NCBI RefSeq assembly: GCF_006345805.1
Contig: NC_043004.1
Location: 18,228,001 to 18,292,000, forward strand
DNA length: 64,000 nt
From: Octopus sinensis
Lineage: Eukaryota
Direction of reading: 5' to 3'
Shown in pieces: positions 26,649-38,135 of this stretch. The translations under genes were made by a program, and so were the position numbers. How positions within the stretch are numbered: position 1 is the first letter of the stretch; each line of letters begins with the position of its first letter. The notes beneath the pieces were generated by a model, which was given only the letters and a program-made list of their open reading frames with translations, searched no databases and was not told where the DNA came from.

Positions 26649-27775
26649 CAATATATATATAAATACAATATATATATATCTATATATATCACATAAAAGC
26701 ACCCACTACTCTCTCAGAGTGGTTGGTGTTAAGAAGGGCATCAAGCTGTAGAAACTTTGCCGTATCAGATTGGAGCCTGGTGCAGCCTTCTGGCTCGCCA
26801 GCCCTCAGTAAAACCATCCAACCCATGCCAGCATGGAAAGCAGACGTTAAACAACGATAATGATAATGATGATGATATATATATATATACACATACACAC
26901 ATATATATATATATATATATATGATGGGCTTCTTTCAGTTTCTGAATATCAAATCCATGCACATGGCTTTGGTTGACCTGAAGCTATATTACAAGACATC
27001 TGCCCAAAGTACCTGGCAGTGAGACTGAAACCAGAACCATATGGTTAGGAAGCAGAGTCATGCCTGCACCTATATGGACAGTAAGTCTGTGCATGAGGTC
27101 TAAACATAAAAGACCAGTTCAGACCAAAGTCTTCAGAACTAGATTATTGTTGCCATTTTAGTTCCTGTCAGTTCTAATTAAATAGAATATTTATTTTACA
27201 GAAGAAGCCAATATCATCATTGCAAAGTGAAAACAAAACTTGAGCATGGCTGGTCTGGTCACTTCAAAGGAAACTTAAAACTCTAAAAAGCATCAAAAAA
27301 GAAAGTCGAATTGTTTTATTATTAAATGTAGCAAAGGCAGAGAGCTGGTAGAATCATGAGTGTATTGAAGAAAACAGCAGAATTTCCTCTGGAGCTCTAC
27401 AGTCAGAGTTCGAATTCTGCAAAGGATGACTTTGCCTTTCATCCTTTTAGGGTTCAATAGAATAAGTACAAGTCCAAGACTGGGACCAATGTAATCAGCT
27501 AACTCTCTCTCTCTCTCCCCCTTGAAAATTGCTGGCTTTGTATCAAAATTAAGAAGAATTATTAAAGGTAGTGGATTAGCAGACTCGTTAGAGCATCAGA
27601 GAGAATGTTTAATGATATTTACTTTAGATTCTGAGTTCAAATTTTGCTCAGGCTGACTTTGTCTTTCATCCTTTCGGGGTCGATGAAAGAAGTACCAGCT
27701 GAGCACTAGGGTCAATGTAATCAACTAAAGCCCTTCCTCAATATTTTCTGGCCTTCAGCTTATAGCAAAAAGGAT

Positions 27776-27806
<31 letters not shown>

Positions 27807-28321
27807 GATGTTACTGTTATTGAAGTAATATGGCAACAGGTATAGTACACCAATGCTCTGAAAGCTTAGCTAAATACTTTTATTCTTTACTTCGTGAAAC
27901 TAAAACTTGCAATCTTAGTTTTAAATCATTCCAAAGTAGAGAAATTAAGACCCAGCTGTGTACTGGGGTTCTCTCTCCAATCTGTTACCTGGTGCCAAAA
28001 TACCAAATCAAGATTATAATTGTCTTTCCCAATTAATATCGAGAACTTTAAACCAGCAAAATCAATAATGCATCAATTAAAACGCGCTTGCAGTTTTTAG
28101 TGGTAATTATTTACATTCTGAGTCAAACCCTGCTGAGGTCTGTTTGGCCCTTCACCCTGCCAAAGTCGATACAACCAGCTTAACCATGACCCCCCAAAAT
28201 ATAATACATTCAACTATATTCCCAGACTGACCAAAACCTTGTGAGACAATTTGGGAGATGGAAACTGAATGAAGCCCATCATGTGGGGAAAGAGAGAGAG
28301 AGAATGTGTACATGTGTCTGT

Positions 28322-28355
<34 letters not shown>

Positions 28356-28891
28356 TGCATATCCTTGTCTTGAGATCTTCTGATGATTACAAACGAGCAT
28401 CATCACTGTACAAGTGAGATTGTCCGTTTCTAGTCTTCCAGGGCAGAAACAAGTGTAGCAATGGGGAAATATTACCTTACTTGTAAAAAGGTGAAGGTTG
28501 GTGATAAGAAGAGGACCCCAACCATAGAAAATCCACCTCAACAAATTCCATCTGACCCATGCAAGCATGGAAAAGTGGAGTGGACGTTAATCCTGATTTT
28601 TAACATTAGGCACATCATTATCATCATTTAATGTGGAGAATGACAATAATGAGCAGATACAGAACAAGGTTCTAACTTTAAAATTCTGATCATATGCCAC
28701 TGTAGGCTTCGAGATATGCCCTGAATATAAAAAAGAAAACATTTGTGAACATGTTTGAAAAACTGTCTTTTTCATACAAATGCACTCATGCAGATTGGGT
28801 ATTACATACAGCATAATAAATCTAGTTTTTCGCAACTTTATTCATATTTATATCTAGGGGGTGAAAAATTCTGAGCATATGTATATGTGTA

Positions 28892-28922
<31 letters not shown>

Positions 28923-29604
28923 TAGTGCAAATTTAACAACCATGTTTAGAAATAAAAGTGAAACTAAATTTTTTTTATTTAATGCTATAAAAGGACTAAG
29001 TTCAACATTCTTTCCGTCTGTAGTACAACGCATGTATAACAAGTCTGCAGAAACTGCTGAAGTCAGAATAAAAGAATATACTGCATATGATAAGCACTGC
29101 TTGGTGTCAGGAGGAGGAGGAGGTGAGCCATACAGCAGTAGTTAGGAATAAAAGAGGAATTGTAAAAGAAGTCTTGAAATTTTGGAGCCGGAACTTGTGT
29201 GGTGTGTGTGTGTGTGAGTGTCAGTGTGTGTGCATGTGTGTATGTGTTTATTGCTTTAGAGAAAAGGGTGCAGAGAGCGATAGAAAAAGAGCAGTAAATG
29301 AGAAATATGCAGGTATGATTAAATGCATTGGGTTGGCGTAACAACATTCGAGGAAATGAAACAGAATATGGAGGAAGAAAGGAGGAAAGAAAGAGAGAAA
29401 TAAAGACAGTCATGACTATGTGGTTAAGAAGCTCACTTTGCAACCATATAGTTTCGGGTTCAATCCCACTAAATGGTAGCTTGAGCAAGTATTATTCTGC
29501 TACTGCCCCAGATCAACCAATGTGAATCTGTATGAAAGCTGCAATATAATATATATATGCGCGCGCGCGCGCGCACGCACGCACGCACATACATACATAT
29601 ATAT

Positions 29605-29840
29605 ATATGCAAACAACTGAAGCGTGGAAGGTGCTTATAAGCCATTTAAGAAACGCACAAAAACTGTTAGATTCACTTCAACATTTAAATTTAATTTGCC
29701 AAAATATTTTCGTCACTTTGAGACCACGACCTGTTCACTGACAAAATTCCGTGCTGCATCACCTTCTACGCTGTAACTGTTTTCATTCCAGCACACGATC
29801 TCAGATCAGGTCACTTGCTATGCAAGTACATTTCCGTAAT
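29605..29840. repeat. Second copy of the 14722 repeat, with an internal inversion
   Basis: The first part is the reverse complement of the 14722 copy. The second part is in direct orientation. Confidence 0.6.
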
Positions 29841-29984
29841 ATATATATATATATATGATAATAAAAAAAAAAAAGGAAAACCTTTGCTGCAGTGCACCTA
29901 ATTAGTGCTCAATATGAGCAAAATATAACAAAAATCAAGGTGAATGACAGACTGTCATAGGTGAAGTTCCTTTCTCATGGGAAT

Positions 29985-30017
<33 letters not shown>

Positions 30018-30026
30018 GCATATATA

Positions 30027-30158
30027 AAGAGTAATGTAGGTTTCAATGAAAAAGCAACTTTCGAGATATTGACAGCAAAAATCAGATTATTTTCTTCCAA
30101 TATATTTTTTGAAAGGCACAATTTATCATCATCATCATCGTTTAGCGTCCGTTTAAAC

Positions 30159-30194
<36 letters not shown>

Positions 30195-30293
30195 AAATTG
30201 TGCCTTTCGAAAAATATATTGGAAGAAAATAATCTGATTTTTGGCTGTCAATATCTCGAAAGTTGCCTTTTCATTGAAACCTACATTACTCTT
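30027..30293. repeat. 267-bp palindrome: ~100-bp arms around two outward-pointing retroposon tails
   Basis: 30027-30125 vs 30194-30293 differ at 3 positions. The centre is (TCA)n-TCGTTTAGCGTCCGTTTAAACG-(ATG)n. Confidence 0.95.
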
Positions 30294-30336
30294 GAAATAT
30301 ATAAAATATAGATACAAAAAATATAAATATAAAATA

Positions 30337-30844
30337 CTAGCAGTATCGCCCGGCGTTGCTCGGGTTTGTAAGGGAAATAACTATATAAGCATTTTTAGAG
30401 AGTTACTTCCCTTATAAATTCGGGCTTTCTTAGCCATTTTTATTTTGGTGTCTTCAAGCCATGAAGTCGTTGTTCTAAAAGAACGCTGGTTTCCTTCACA
30501 ACGCATTACGACGTTGATTTCTTTACACTCCCTTCCCCACAGCTTCACGAGGGAGGGAAGAAGGGGAGAAGCAAACAGGTGCAGCTGTGAGTGTGGACGC
30601 CAACTCCGCCGCCATCGACATACGATGCATTTTATGCATTAAAATGGAATAAAAAATTATGTTAAATTATTTTTAAAATCGTAGACTCATCGTTGACGCG
30701 CGCTAATAGTCAGACGGGCTCGATATGAATCACGACTATAAGATACCCGAATTTGGTTAAACTGCACCGCAAAATGTGGGAGGAGTTAGGAATCTAAATC
30801 GAAGGGGACAGACACTCACACAACTAGAGTTTTATATATATAGA
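30337..30844 (-). mobile_element. Non-autonomous Helitron (508 bp)
   Basis: The minus strand begins TC after a host A (30845) and ends CTAG before a host T (30336). A GC-rich hairpin (30349-30364) lies 8 nt from the end. No TSD. Confidence 0.8.
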
Positions 30845-30984
30845 TATATCCATAAGAGATCACCTGAAATTGTAAATCCGTTCTAAGACATAAAAAGGTT
30901 AAAGGTTAAATGTACAAATCCAATGCATTGCAAAATTGAAAATATTAAAAAGATGTATGGGTAGCCCAAATAAGCAAATACGTT

Positions 30985-31400
30985 TTTTTTTTTTTCTTCT
31001 GCTTGTTTCAGTCATTTGACTGCGGCCATGTTGGAGCACCACCTTTAGTCGAGCAAATTGACCCTGGGACTTATTCTTTGTAAGCCCAGTACTTATTCTA
31101 TCGGTCTCCTTTGCCGAACTGCTAAGTGACGGGGACGTAAACACACCAGCATCGGTTGTCAAGCAATGCTAGGGGGACAAACACAGACACAAAAACACAT
31201 ACATATATATATATAATATATATATATATATACATATATACGACAGGTTTCTTTCAGTTTCCGTCTACCAAATCCACTCACAAGGCATTGGTCGGCCTGG
31301 GGCTATAGCAGAAGACACATGCCCAAGATGCCATGCAGTGGGACTGAACCCGGAACCATGTGGTTGGTTAGTAAGCTACTTACCACACAGCCACTCCTGC
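30985..31400 (-). mobile_element. Near full-length family A SINE
   Basis: Complete tail-to-head match. Confidence 0.85.
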
Positions 31401-31419
31401 GCCTACTTAAGTCCATAAA

Positions 31420-31760
31420 AAGAACCATCCTGATTGGCTCCCATGCCAGTGGCACATAAATAGCACCACACAAACGTGGCCGATGCCAGTACCCACTGGC
31501 TGGGTCCCGTGCCAGTGGCATGTAAAAAGCACCACCCGAATGGGATCGATGCCAGGCCCGATTGACAGGCTCCTGTGCTGGTGACAAGTAAAAAGCATCC
31601 ACTAAACTCTCAGAGTGGTTGGCATTGGGAAGGGCATCCAGCTGTAAAAATATTGCCAGATCAGATTGGAGCCTGGTGCAGCCGCTGGCTCCCCAGACCT
31701 CAGTCAAACCATCCAACCCATGCCAGCATGGAAAACAGACATTAAATGATGATGATGATT
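31420..31760 (+). mobile_element. Family C retroposon
   Basis: Subrepeats, conserved block and (GAT)n tail. Confidence 0.8.
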
Positions 31761-31764
31761 ATAT

Positions 31765-31808
<44 letters not shown>

Positions 31809-31864
31809 CAATTAAAATATACATATACTCATATACTGGGTTCTATTTTTCATGTCTGAATCCC

Positions 31865-31931
<67 letters not shown>

Positions 31932-32878
31932 AATGCAAGATGGAATGAACAGGCTTTAATCCAAATCACTATAATTGTTTCTGCATCTTAGTATCAGCTT
32001 GCAACTATTGAGTGTCTCCCATATTATATGCAGTACCCTCAAACCCACTCACCAGAAGATGTGCAGGTACACAGCTGTTATGGGATCATAATAATGCAAT
32101 TACCAGCTGATACTAATGCACAAAAACCACTGTAGTGGTTTGGATAAAAGTTTGTTCATTCTAGTTTCTTGTATCAATTCTTTTAAAATGAACTCTGAAT
32201 ATTAACAAATTTCCACATGTACGACCAGAAAAAAGAATTCCAGCTGTATAATAGCATATGGTAGCCGACACCCATAGAGCAGCTTTGGAAAGCACACTAT
32301 AATGTTATTACCCAGATTCTTTTTTTTTTTCTTCTTACTTGTTTCAGTCATTTGACTGCAGCCATACTGGGGCACTGCCTTTAGTCGAGCAAATCGACCC
32401 TGGGACTTATTCTTTGTTATACACACATACATATAAATAAATATATATATACATATATACAACAGGCTTCTTTCAGTTTCCGTCTACCAAATCCAATGAC
32501 AGTACCGGCTTGATGATAGTAAAGTTTATATATGTCTTTGTGTTTGTCGCAAACCACCATAGGACAACAGGGGTTGGTTTGTTTATGTCCCCCATAACAT
32601 AGTTTATCATAAGAGAACAATAGAATAAGTACTGAGGCTGATCTGTACAACCCTGTTGAGGCAGTGCCCAAGCATAGTTGCAGACCAACAGCTGAAACAC
32701 AAATACTTTTCACCCCACCTCCTCTATGGAATAAACCAAATCGTTTGATGTCGGTGGGGGAAGAGAGGCAATTTAATCGACTGTCCCTCTGCACCTTGAC
32801 CTAACCATGCAAAAGAGAAAAGAAAAAACCTTTGTAGAATTGTACCAAAGATGAATGACAAAATATAGAAATACTTAC

Positions 32879-33043
32879 CGAGAAATAATAATTAGGCATT
32901 TCAGTAAAGATTCTGCCTTTTCTAATGTGCTTGTATCATCTCCAAGACTTGTTGTGTACTGTTCCGTATATTGAGAAAAGTATTTTCCTAAAGCCTTCAG
33001 GATTTCATTAGGTAGAATTGTTAAATGCGGACCTTCATAAAAC
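32879..33043 (-). CDS. NBEAL1: Internal coding exon of a neurobeachin-like BEACH-domain gene (NBEAL1/2-like, N-terminal region)
   Basis: Acceptor TTTTTTCTTGCTTCAG and donor CG|GTAAGTAT; 165 bp, phase 2 at both ends. Encodes FYEGPHLTILPNEILKALGKYFSQYTEQYTTSLGDDTSTLEKAESLLKCLIIISR, which resembles human NBEAL1 ...ISLLPDNILQVL...LLVKFFIILCR as I recall it. Confidence 0.75.
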
Positions 33044-33174
33044 CTGAAGCAAGAAAAAAAGATTCAGAATAAAACACCGGGATTTTAGTGTGGTCACACT
33101 TTTTGTTACCTTTTTTTTTTTACTATTTGAACAAATATGAGAAATATATGATCAATATTTTATACACTTTTATA

Positions 33175-33545
33175 TATTCTTTTATTCGTTTCATCATTTG
33201 ACTGTGGCCATGCTGGAGCACTGCCTTTAGTCGAGCAAATTGACCGCAAGACTTATTCTTCGTAAGCCTAGTACTTATTCTATCGGGCTCTTTTGCCGAA
33301 CTGCTAATTGACGGGGGACGTAAACGTAACAACATCGGCTGTCAAGCGATGGTGGCGGGACAAATACAGACACAAAATAACAAACACACACACACACATA
33401 TATATATATACACATAAATATATATATATGATGGGCATCTTTCAGTTTCCGTCTAACAAATCCATTCACAAGTCTTTGGTCAGCCTGAACCCAGAACCAT
33501 GTGGTTGGTAAGCAAACTACTTACCACACAGCCACTCCTGTGCCT
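33175..33545 (-). mobile_element. Family A SINE ~130 bp upstream of the exon acceptor
   Basis: Tail-first match to family A. Confidence 0.85.
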
Positions 33546-33554
33546 GTATATATA

Positions 33555-33890
33555 TAGGCGTGGCACCTTGGGCAAGTGTCTTCTACTATAGCCTCGGGCC
33601 AACCAAAGCCTTGTGAGTGGATTTGGTAGACGGAAACTGAAAGAAGCCTGTTGTATATATGTATATGTGTGTATATGTTTGTGTGTCTGTGTTTGTCCCA
33701 GCAACATTGCTTGACAACCGATGCTGGTGTGTTTATGCCCCTGTAACTTAGCGGTTCGGCAAAAGAGACCAATAGAATAAGTACAAGGCTTACAAAGAAT
33801 AAGTCCTGGGGTCGATTTGCTCGACTAAAAGCAGTGTTCCAGCATGGCCGCAGTCAAATGACTGAAACAAGTAAAAGAGTAAAGAGTAAA
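33555..33890 (+). mobile_element. 5'-truncated family A SINE, inverted relative to its neighbour
   Basis: GGCACCTTGGGCAAGTGTCTTC...ATGACTGAAACAAGTAAAAGAG on the plus strand. Confidence 0.85.
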
Positions 33891-33989
33891 TATATATATA
33901 TATATATTTTTTTTTTATCTAGTTTCAGCTCACGAGCTGTGGCCATGCTGGGGCACATATACATATATATATATATATTTATACATCCT

Positions 33990-34310
33990 GTGCTGGTGGC
34001 ACGCAATAAGTACCGTTCATACATGACTCATTGCTAGTGCCACCTGACTGGCTCCCAGTGCAGGTGACATATAAAAAGCACCATCCGAACATGGTCAATG
34101 ACAGTACCGCCTGACTGGCTCCTGTGCCGGTGGCATGTACAAAGCACCCACTACACTCTTGGAGTGGTTGACGTTAGGAAGGGCATCCAGCCGTAGAAAC
34201 GTTGCCAGATCAGTTTGGAGCCTGGTGCAGCCTCCTGTTGTGCCAGTCTCCAGTCAAACCGTCCAACCCATGCCAGCATGGAAAACAGACGTTAAACGAT
34301 GATGATGAGT
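33990..34310 (+). mobile_element. Family C retroposon
   Basis: Conserved block and GACGTTAAACGATGATGATG tail. Confidence 0.8.
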
Positions 34311-34338
34311 TTACAATGTTTCACCAAACAGGAGAATT

Positions 34339-34549
34339 ATAAATGTCACTAAATGGGACTAGGGTGTTAGGAAAAATACCAACATTGCTAGAAATAAGAG
34401 CTAAGCCACTCTAATGCTGTAGTTAATGCACATGAATGAAAACATATACACTAACAGGGACCATAATTGTCTGAAAAGTGGTTTAGCTCTTATTTCTAGC
34501 AATGTAAGAGGTGTTTCCTAACACCCTAGTCACATTTAGTGACATTTAT
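34339..34549. repeat. MITE-like fold-back, ~72-bp arms and 66-nt spacer
   Basis: 34339-34410 vs 34477-34549 are reverse-complementary apart from two single mismatches and one short divergent patch. Confidence 0.85.
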
Positions 34550-34594
34550 GTGTATGTGTGTATATGTATATATATATATATATGTATGTATAAG

Positions 34595-34915
34595 GTGACT
34601 CCCTTCAGTCATGAAGGGCCATGGGATTGCACCTAGAAAGTTACCCTCCAAAGCACAATTCCGAGCAAGGTTGTTTATGGAAGACCAGCAGTCGGTCATG
34701 TATACCATCTTCCCTCTTCATGCCACTGATGCTGTCCAAGGGGAAGTCAAAGGCTGATACAGCTTGGCACCGGTAACATTGCAACCCATTTCTACTGCTG
34801 AGTGAACTGGAGCAACGTGAAATAAAGTGTCTTACTCAACAACACAACACGCAGCCAGGTCTGGGATTCGAAATCGTAAGCTCGATGCTCTAACCACTGA
34901 GCCATGTGTATTCAC
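34595..34915 (-). mobile_element. tRNA-derived SINE family D (CORE-like TGAGYAAGACACTTTATTTCACGTTGCTCCAGTTCACTCAG)
   Basis: Minus-strand head TGGCTCAGTGGTTAGAGC...TTCGAATCCC. A related copy lies at 59740-60025. Confidence 0.7.
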
Positions 34916-35569
34916 ATATATATATATTTAATCAGGCAATGTCATTTATTTCCAGCATTCTGCAAAAAGCATGTCTAGCCAAGGGAAAATAGCACCTTAC
35001 TCAGAAACAGGCAAGGGTTGGCAACAGGAAGGGCATCCGCCCATAGAAAAATCTGCCTCAGTATACGCCATTCAATACCACATGCAAGCATGGAAAAGTA
35101 GCTGTTATGATGATGATGATGATGATGATGATGATATTCAACAACAGTGATGTCAAAATAAACACTACCAATATGTATTTGGATAAAAAAAAGAAAAGAA
35201 AACGAATGATTACATTATAGAAACATTCAGTTAAAAACTCCATCACAAATGAAAAAAATTATGAGAAAAAGTTTGCATTATTATGACAGCTTGCTGAGAA
35301 AAAATGAAATTGGTTCCATGTAGCTGTGATAGTTTCTTTTCAAGCAAGTCTAATGAAAGGAAGGACATGGAAAGCGAAGGTGAGAGAAAAAAATACATTT
35401 AGGAACTATATATATATATAGGAATGGTATTTGTAATATAAGAAAATAACATGAGTGAAATGAAAAGTCTTGAAACATTGTAACATATTTATAGATAGAA
35501 AGATAGGTATACACACATATTCAAAAATATATACATTTATAAATGCATATCATACATTTATATATGCAT

Positions 35570-36025
35570 CATCATCATCATCGTCGTTTAACGTTCGCTT
35601 TCAATTCTGGCATGAGTTGGACAGTTTGACTGAGGGCTGGCGAACCAGAAGGCTGCACCAGGCTCCAGTCGGATCTGGCAAAGTTTCTAAACTTGGATGC
35701 CCTTCCTAATGCCAACCACTCTGAGAGTGTAGTGGGTGCTTTTACGTGCCACTAGCACAAGGGCCAGTCAGGCGGTACTGGCATCGGCCACACTCAAATG
35801 GTGTTTTATATGTGCCAGTGGCACTGACAATGACCACACTCAAATGGTGTTTTTCACATGCCACCAGCACAGGTGCCAGTCAAGCGACACTGGCAACAAT
35901 CATGCTTGAATGGCGCTTTCTAAGTGCTACTGGCATGGGAGCCAGTCAGTAGCCCTGGCAATGATCACACTTGAATGGTGCTTTTAACATTCCACTGGCA
36001 CAAGTGCCAATCAGGCAGCACTGTC
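35570..36025 (-). mobile_element. Family C retroposon with ~5 internal subrepeats
   Basis: (CAT)n tail first, then the conserved block and ~52-bp subrepeats. Confidence 0.8.
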
Positions 36026-37074
36026 ATCGGCCACAACACACACACAAACACACACACATGAATATGTATATATGCTTGTATATGTATATATAGGTCTATA
36101 TGTGTGTGTGTGTATATATATGCACATAAATGGACAGACAGGCAGACTGACTGACAGTCAGACAAATGTTATATTTGGCATACACATTTCCTAAACAATT
36201 TCTTCACAAACTACACAATACATGACTGTGATAGACATCATCATAGCCCCCCCCCCACTTCCTTTCTTTAATTCAAAAGATTACATCAGGTCAATTCTAG
36301 TTTCTAGAATAGTCATGCTTTATCCTTGCATGTCGTAAGAAGGGACCTGAAGGGTGGCTGCCAGGAAGGGCATCCAGTCATAAACAATAAAACACTACTT
36401 CAAACATTCTCATCCAATCTATGCCAGGACAGTAGAAACAGCATTGATAGCAATGATGATGATGATGATGATATTGACAATGGTGATGGTGGTTATAACA
36501 TAATTGATGATAATGATGCTGATGCAGGTGGTGGTGGTATTGATGATAGTGGTGGTGGTGGTGGTAGTAGTAGTGGTGAAATGACCATTGGTCCAGAACC
36601 TTTATACATTTTCCTAAGTAAATCAGAGAGACAAAGCAATCTACTTGTGCAAGCCCATCCCCAGTTGGCAGGGGTTAGTGACACCCAACCTTCAATATCT
36701 TCAGAAAAAGCATGAAAAAGAGGTAACAAGGCTTATAATAAAGTAAATCCACTGAAAGTACTTAAAGACGATATGATAATGTTGAAATAAGGGTGATACC
36801 TTAGATATTATTAAGGGTGATATCTCAGACCAACAGCATGATAAAACACCAGCTGACTAGCTTTAAAACTGGATAAAAAACAGGACTTTTGTTATCTTAT
36901 ATATAGGCTAGCAGGCTGAAACTTCAAAGTCACAGTCAATCCGTGTCTTGTTTACTAAACATGTACCCTACAAAAAAATGTGTTCAGTAATTCTTTAGTT
37001 CATTGTTAAATTGATTTTACAACAACTTCACATTAAATATACACACACACTCATACAAACATACCTATATTCTT

Positions 37075-37274
37075 ATATTCTTTTACTTGTTTCGGTCATT
37101 TGACTGTGGCCATGCTGGAGCACCACCTTTTAGTCGAAGAGATCGACCCCTGGACTTAATCTTTGTAAGCCTAGTATTCTATCGGTCCCTTTTGCTGAAC
37201 TGCTAGGTTACAGAGACATAAACACACCAATATCGGTTGTCAAGCAATGACGAGGGGGGTGGAGACAGACATAA

Positions 37275-37325
<51 letters not shown>

Positions 37326-37480
37326 GCTTCTTTCAGTTTCTGTCTACCATATCCACACAAAATAACTTTGGTCAGCCAAAAGCTATAATAGAATACATTT
37401 GCTCAAGGTGCCACACAGTGAGACTGAACCCAGAATCATGTGGTTCAGAAGCAACGTTCTTACCACATAGCCATGCCTGT
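37075..37480 (-). mobile_element. Family A SINE
   Basis: Tail-to-head match. Confidence 0.8.
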
Positions 37481-37882
37481 GCCTATATATACATATTATA
37501 CATACGTACAGTGCAGCACCATGGCCACAGCCATAGGGCTGAAACAAAAAATATATTTTTACATATATATACACACACACACACTATTTAACAAAGACTT
37601 TCTAAGAATGTAGCTTAAATTCTGCATTACTTTGAAGGACTTTTTGCATTAATGAAGGCATGTAGGTAATTTATTTATTATCAAATATAATAATATAAAT
37701 TATCTATAAGTTTTTAAGTTATGAAACAATTCATTGAGATATTTATATTTTCTTATTGTTAAATAAAATTTTATCAAACTATTTTGTCATTTTTGACTAT
37801 ACACACACATACTCAAATATAACTTTCTTGCTATATATCCGTACACACACACAGATATATATATATGTGTGTGTATATAATA

Positions 37883-38085
37883 TAACGATCTATCATGTGA
37901 CGCCATGATAGATCGTTAGCCACTACACACATTTTTTTCTCTCCTTGTTTTCTGTGTCCCTTTCTGTAGAAGAGCGTAGGCTCGAAACGTAAAAGACTTT
38001 TTCTATTCCTGAGCGTTATACTAATACATCTGTTTGTTTTGAACACCACCTGTCTTCGTCTTTTGTTGTTTTTTTCGTAAACTCT

Positions 38086-38090
<5 letters not shown>
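37883..38090 (+). mobile_element. Penelope-like element terminal repeat
   Basis: A 15-bp perfect hairpin (37883-37918), a hammerhead-like GAGC-GTAG-GCTC-GAAACGT motif, a T-rich end and (TA)n flanks. Confidence 0.55.
37956..37997 (+). ncRNA. Minimal type I hammerhead-ribozyme-like motif with a variant core
   Basis: Helix I CTTT/AAAG; core CTGTAGA plus an extra A; helix II GAGC/GCTC with GTAG loop; then GAAAC-GTA. One core position (A6) deviates from CUGANGA. Confidence 0.4.

Positions 38091-38135
<45 letters not shown>

Noticed and set aside
36493-36729. ORF containing WVSLTPANWGW
   Set aside because: It is short, runs into a GGT/GAT microsatellite, and has no splice or homology support.
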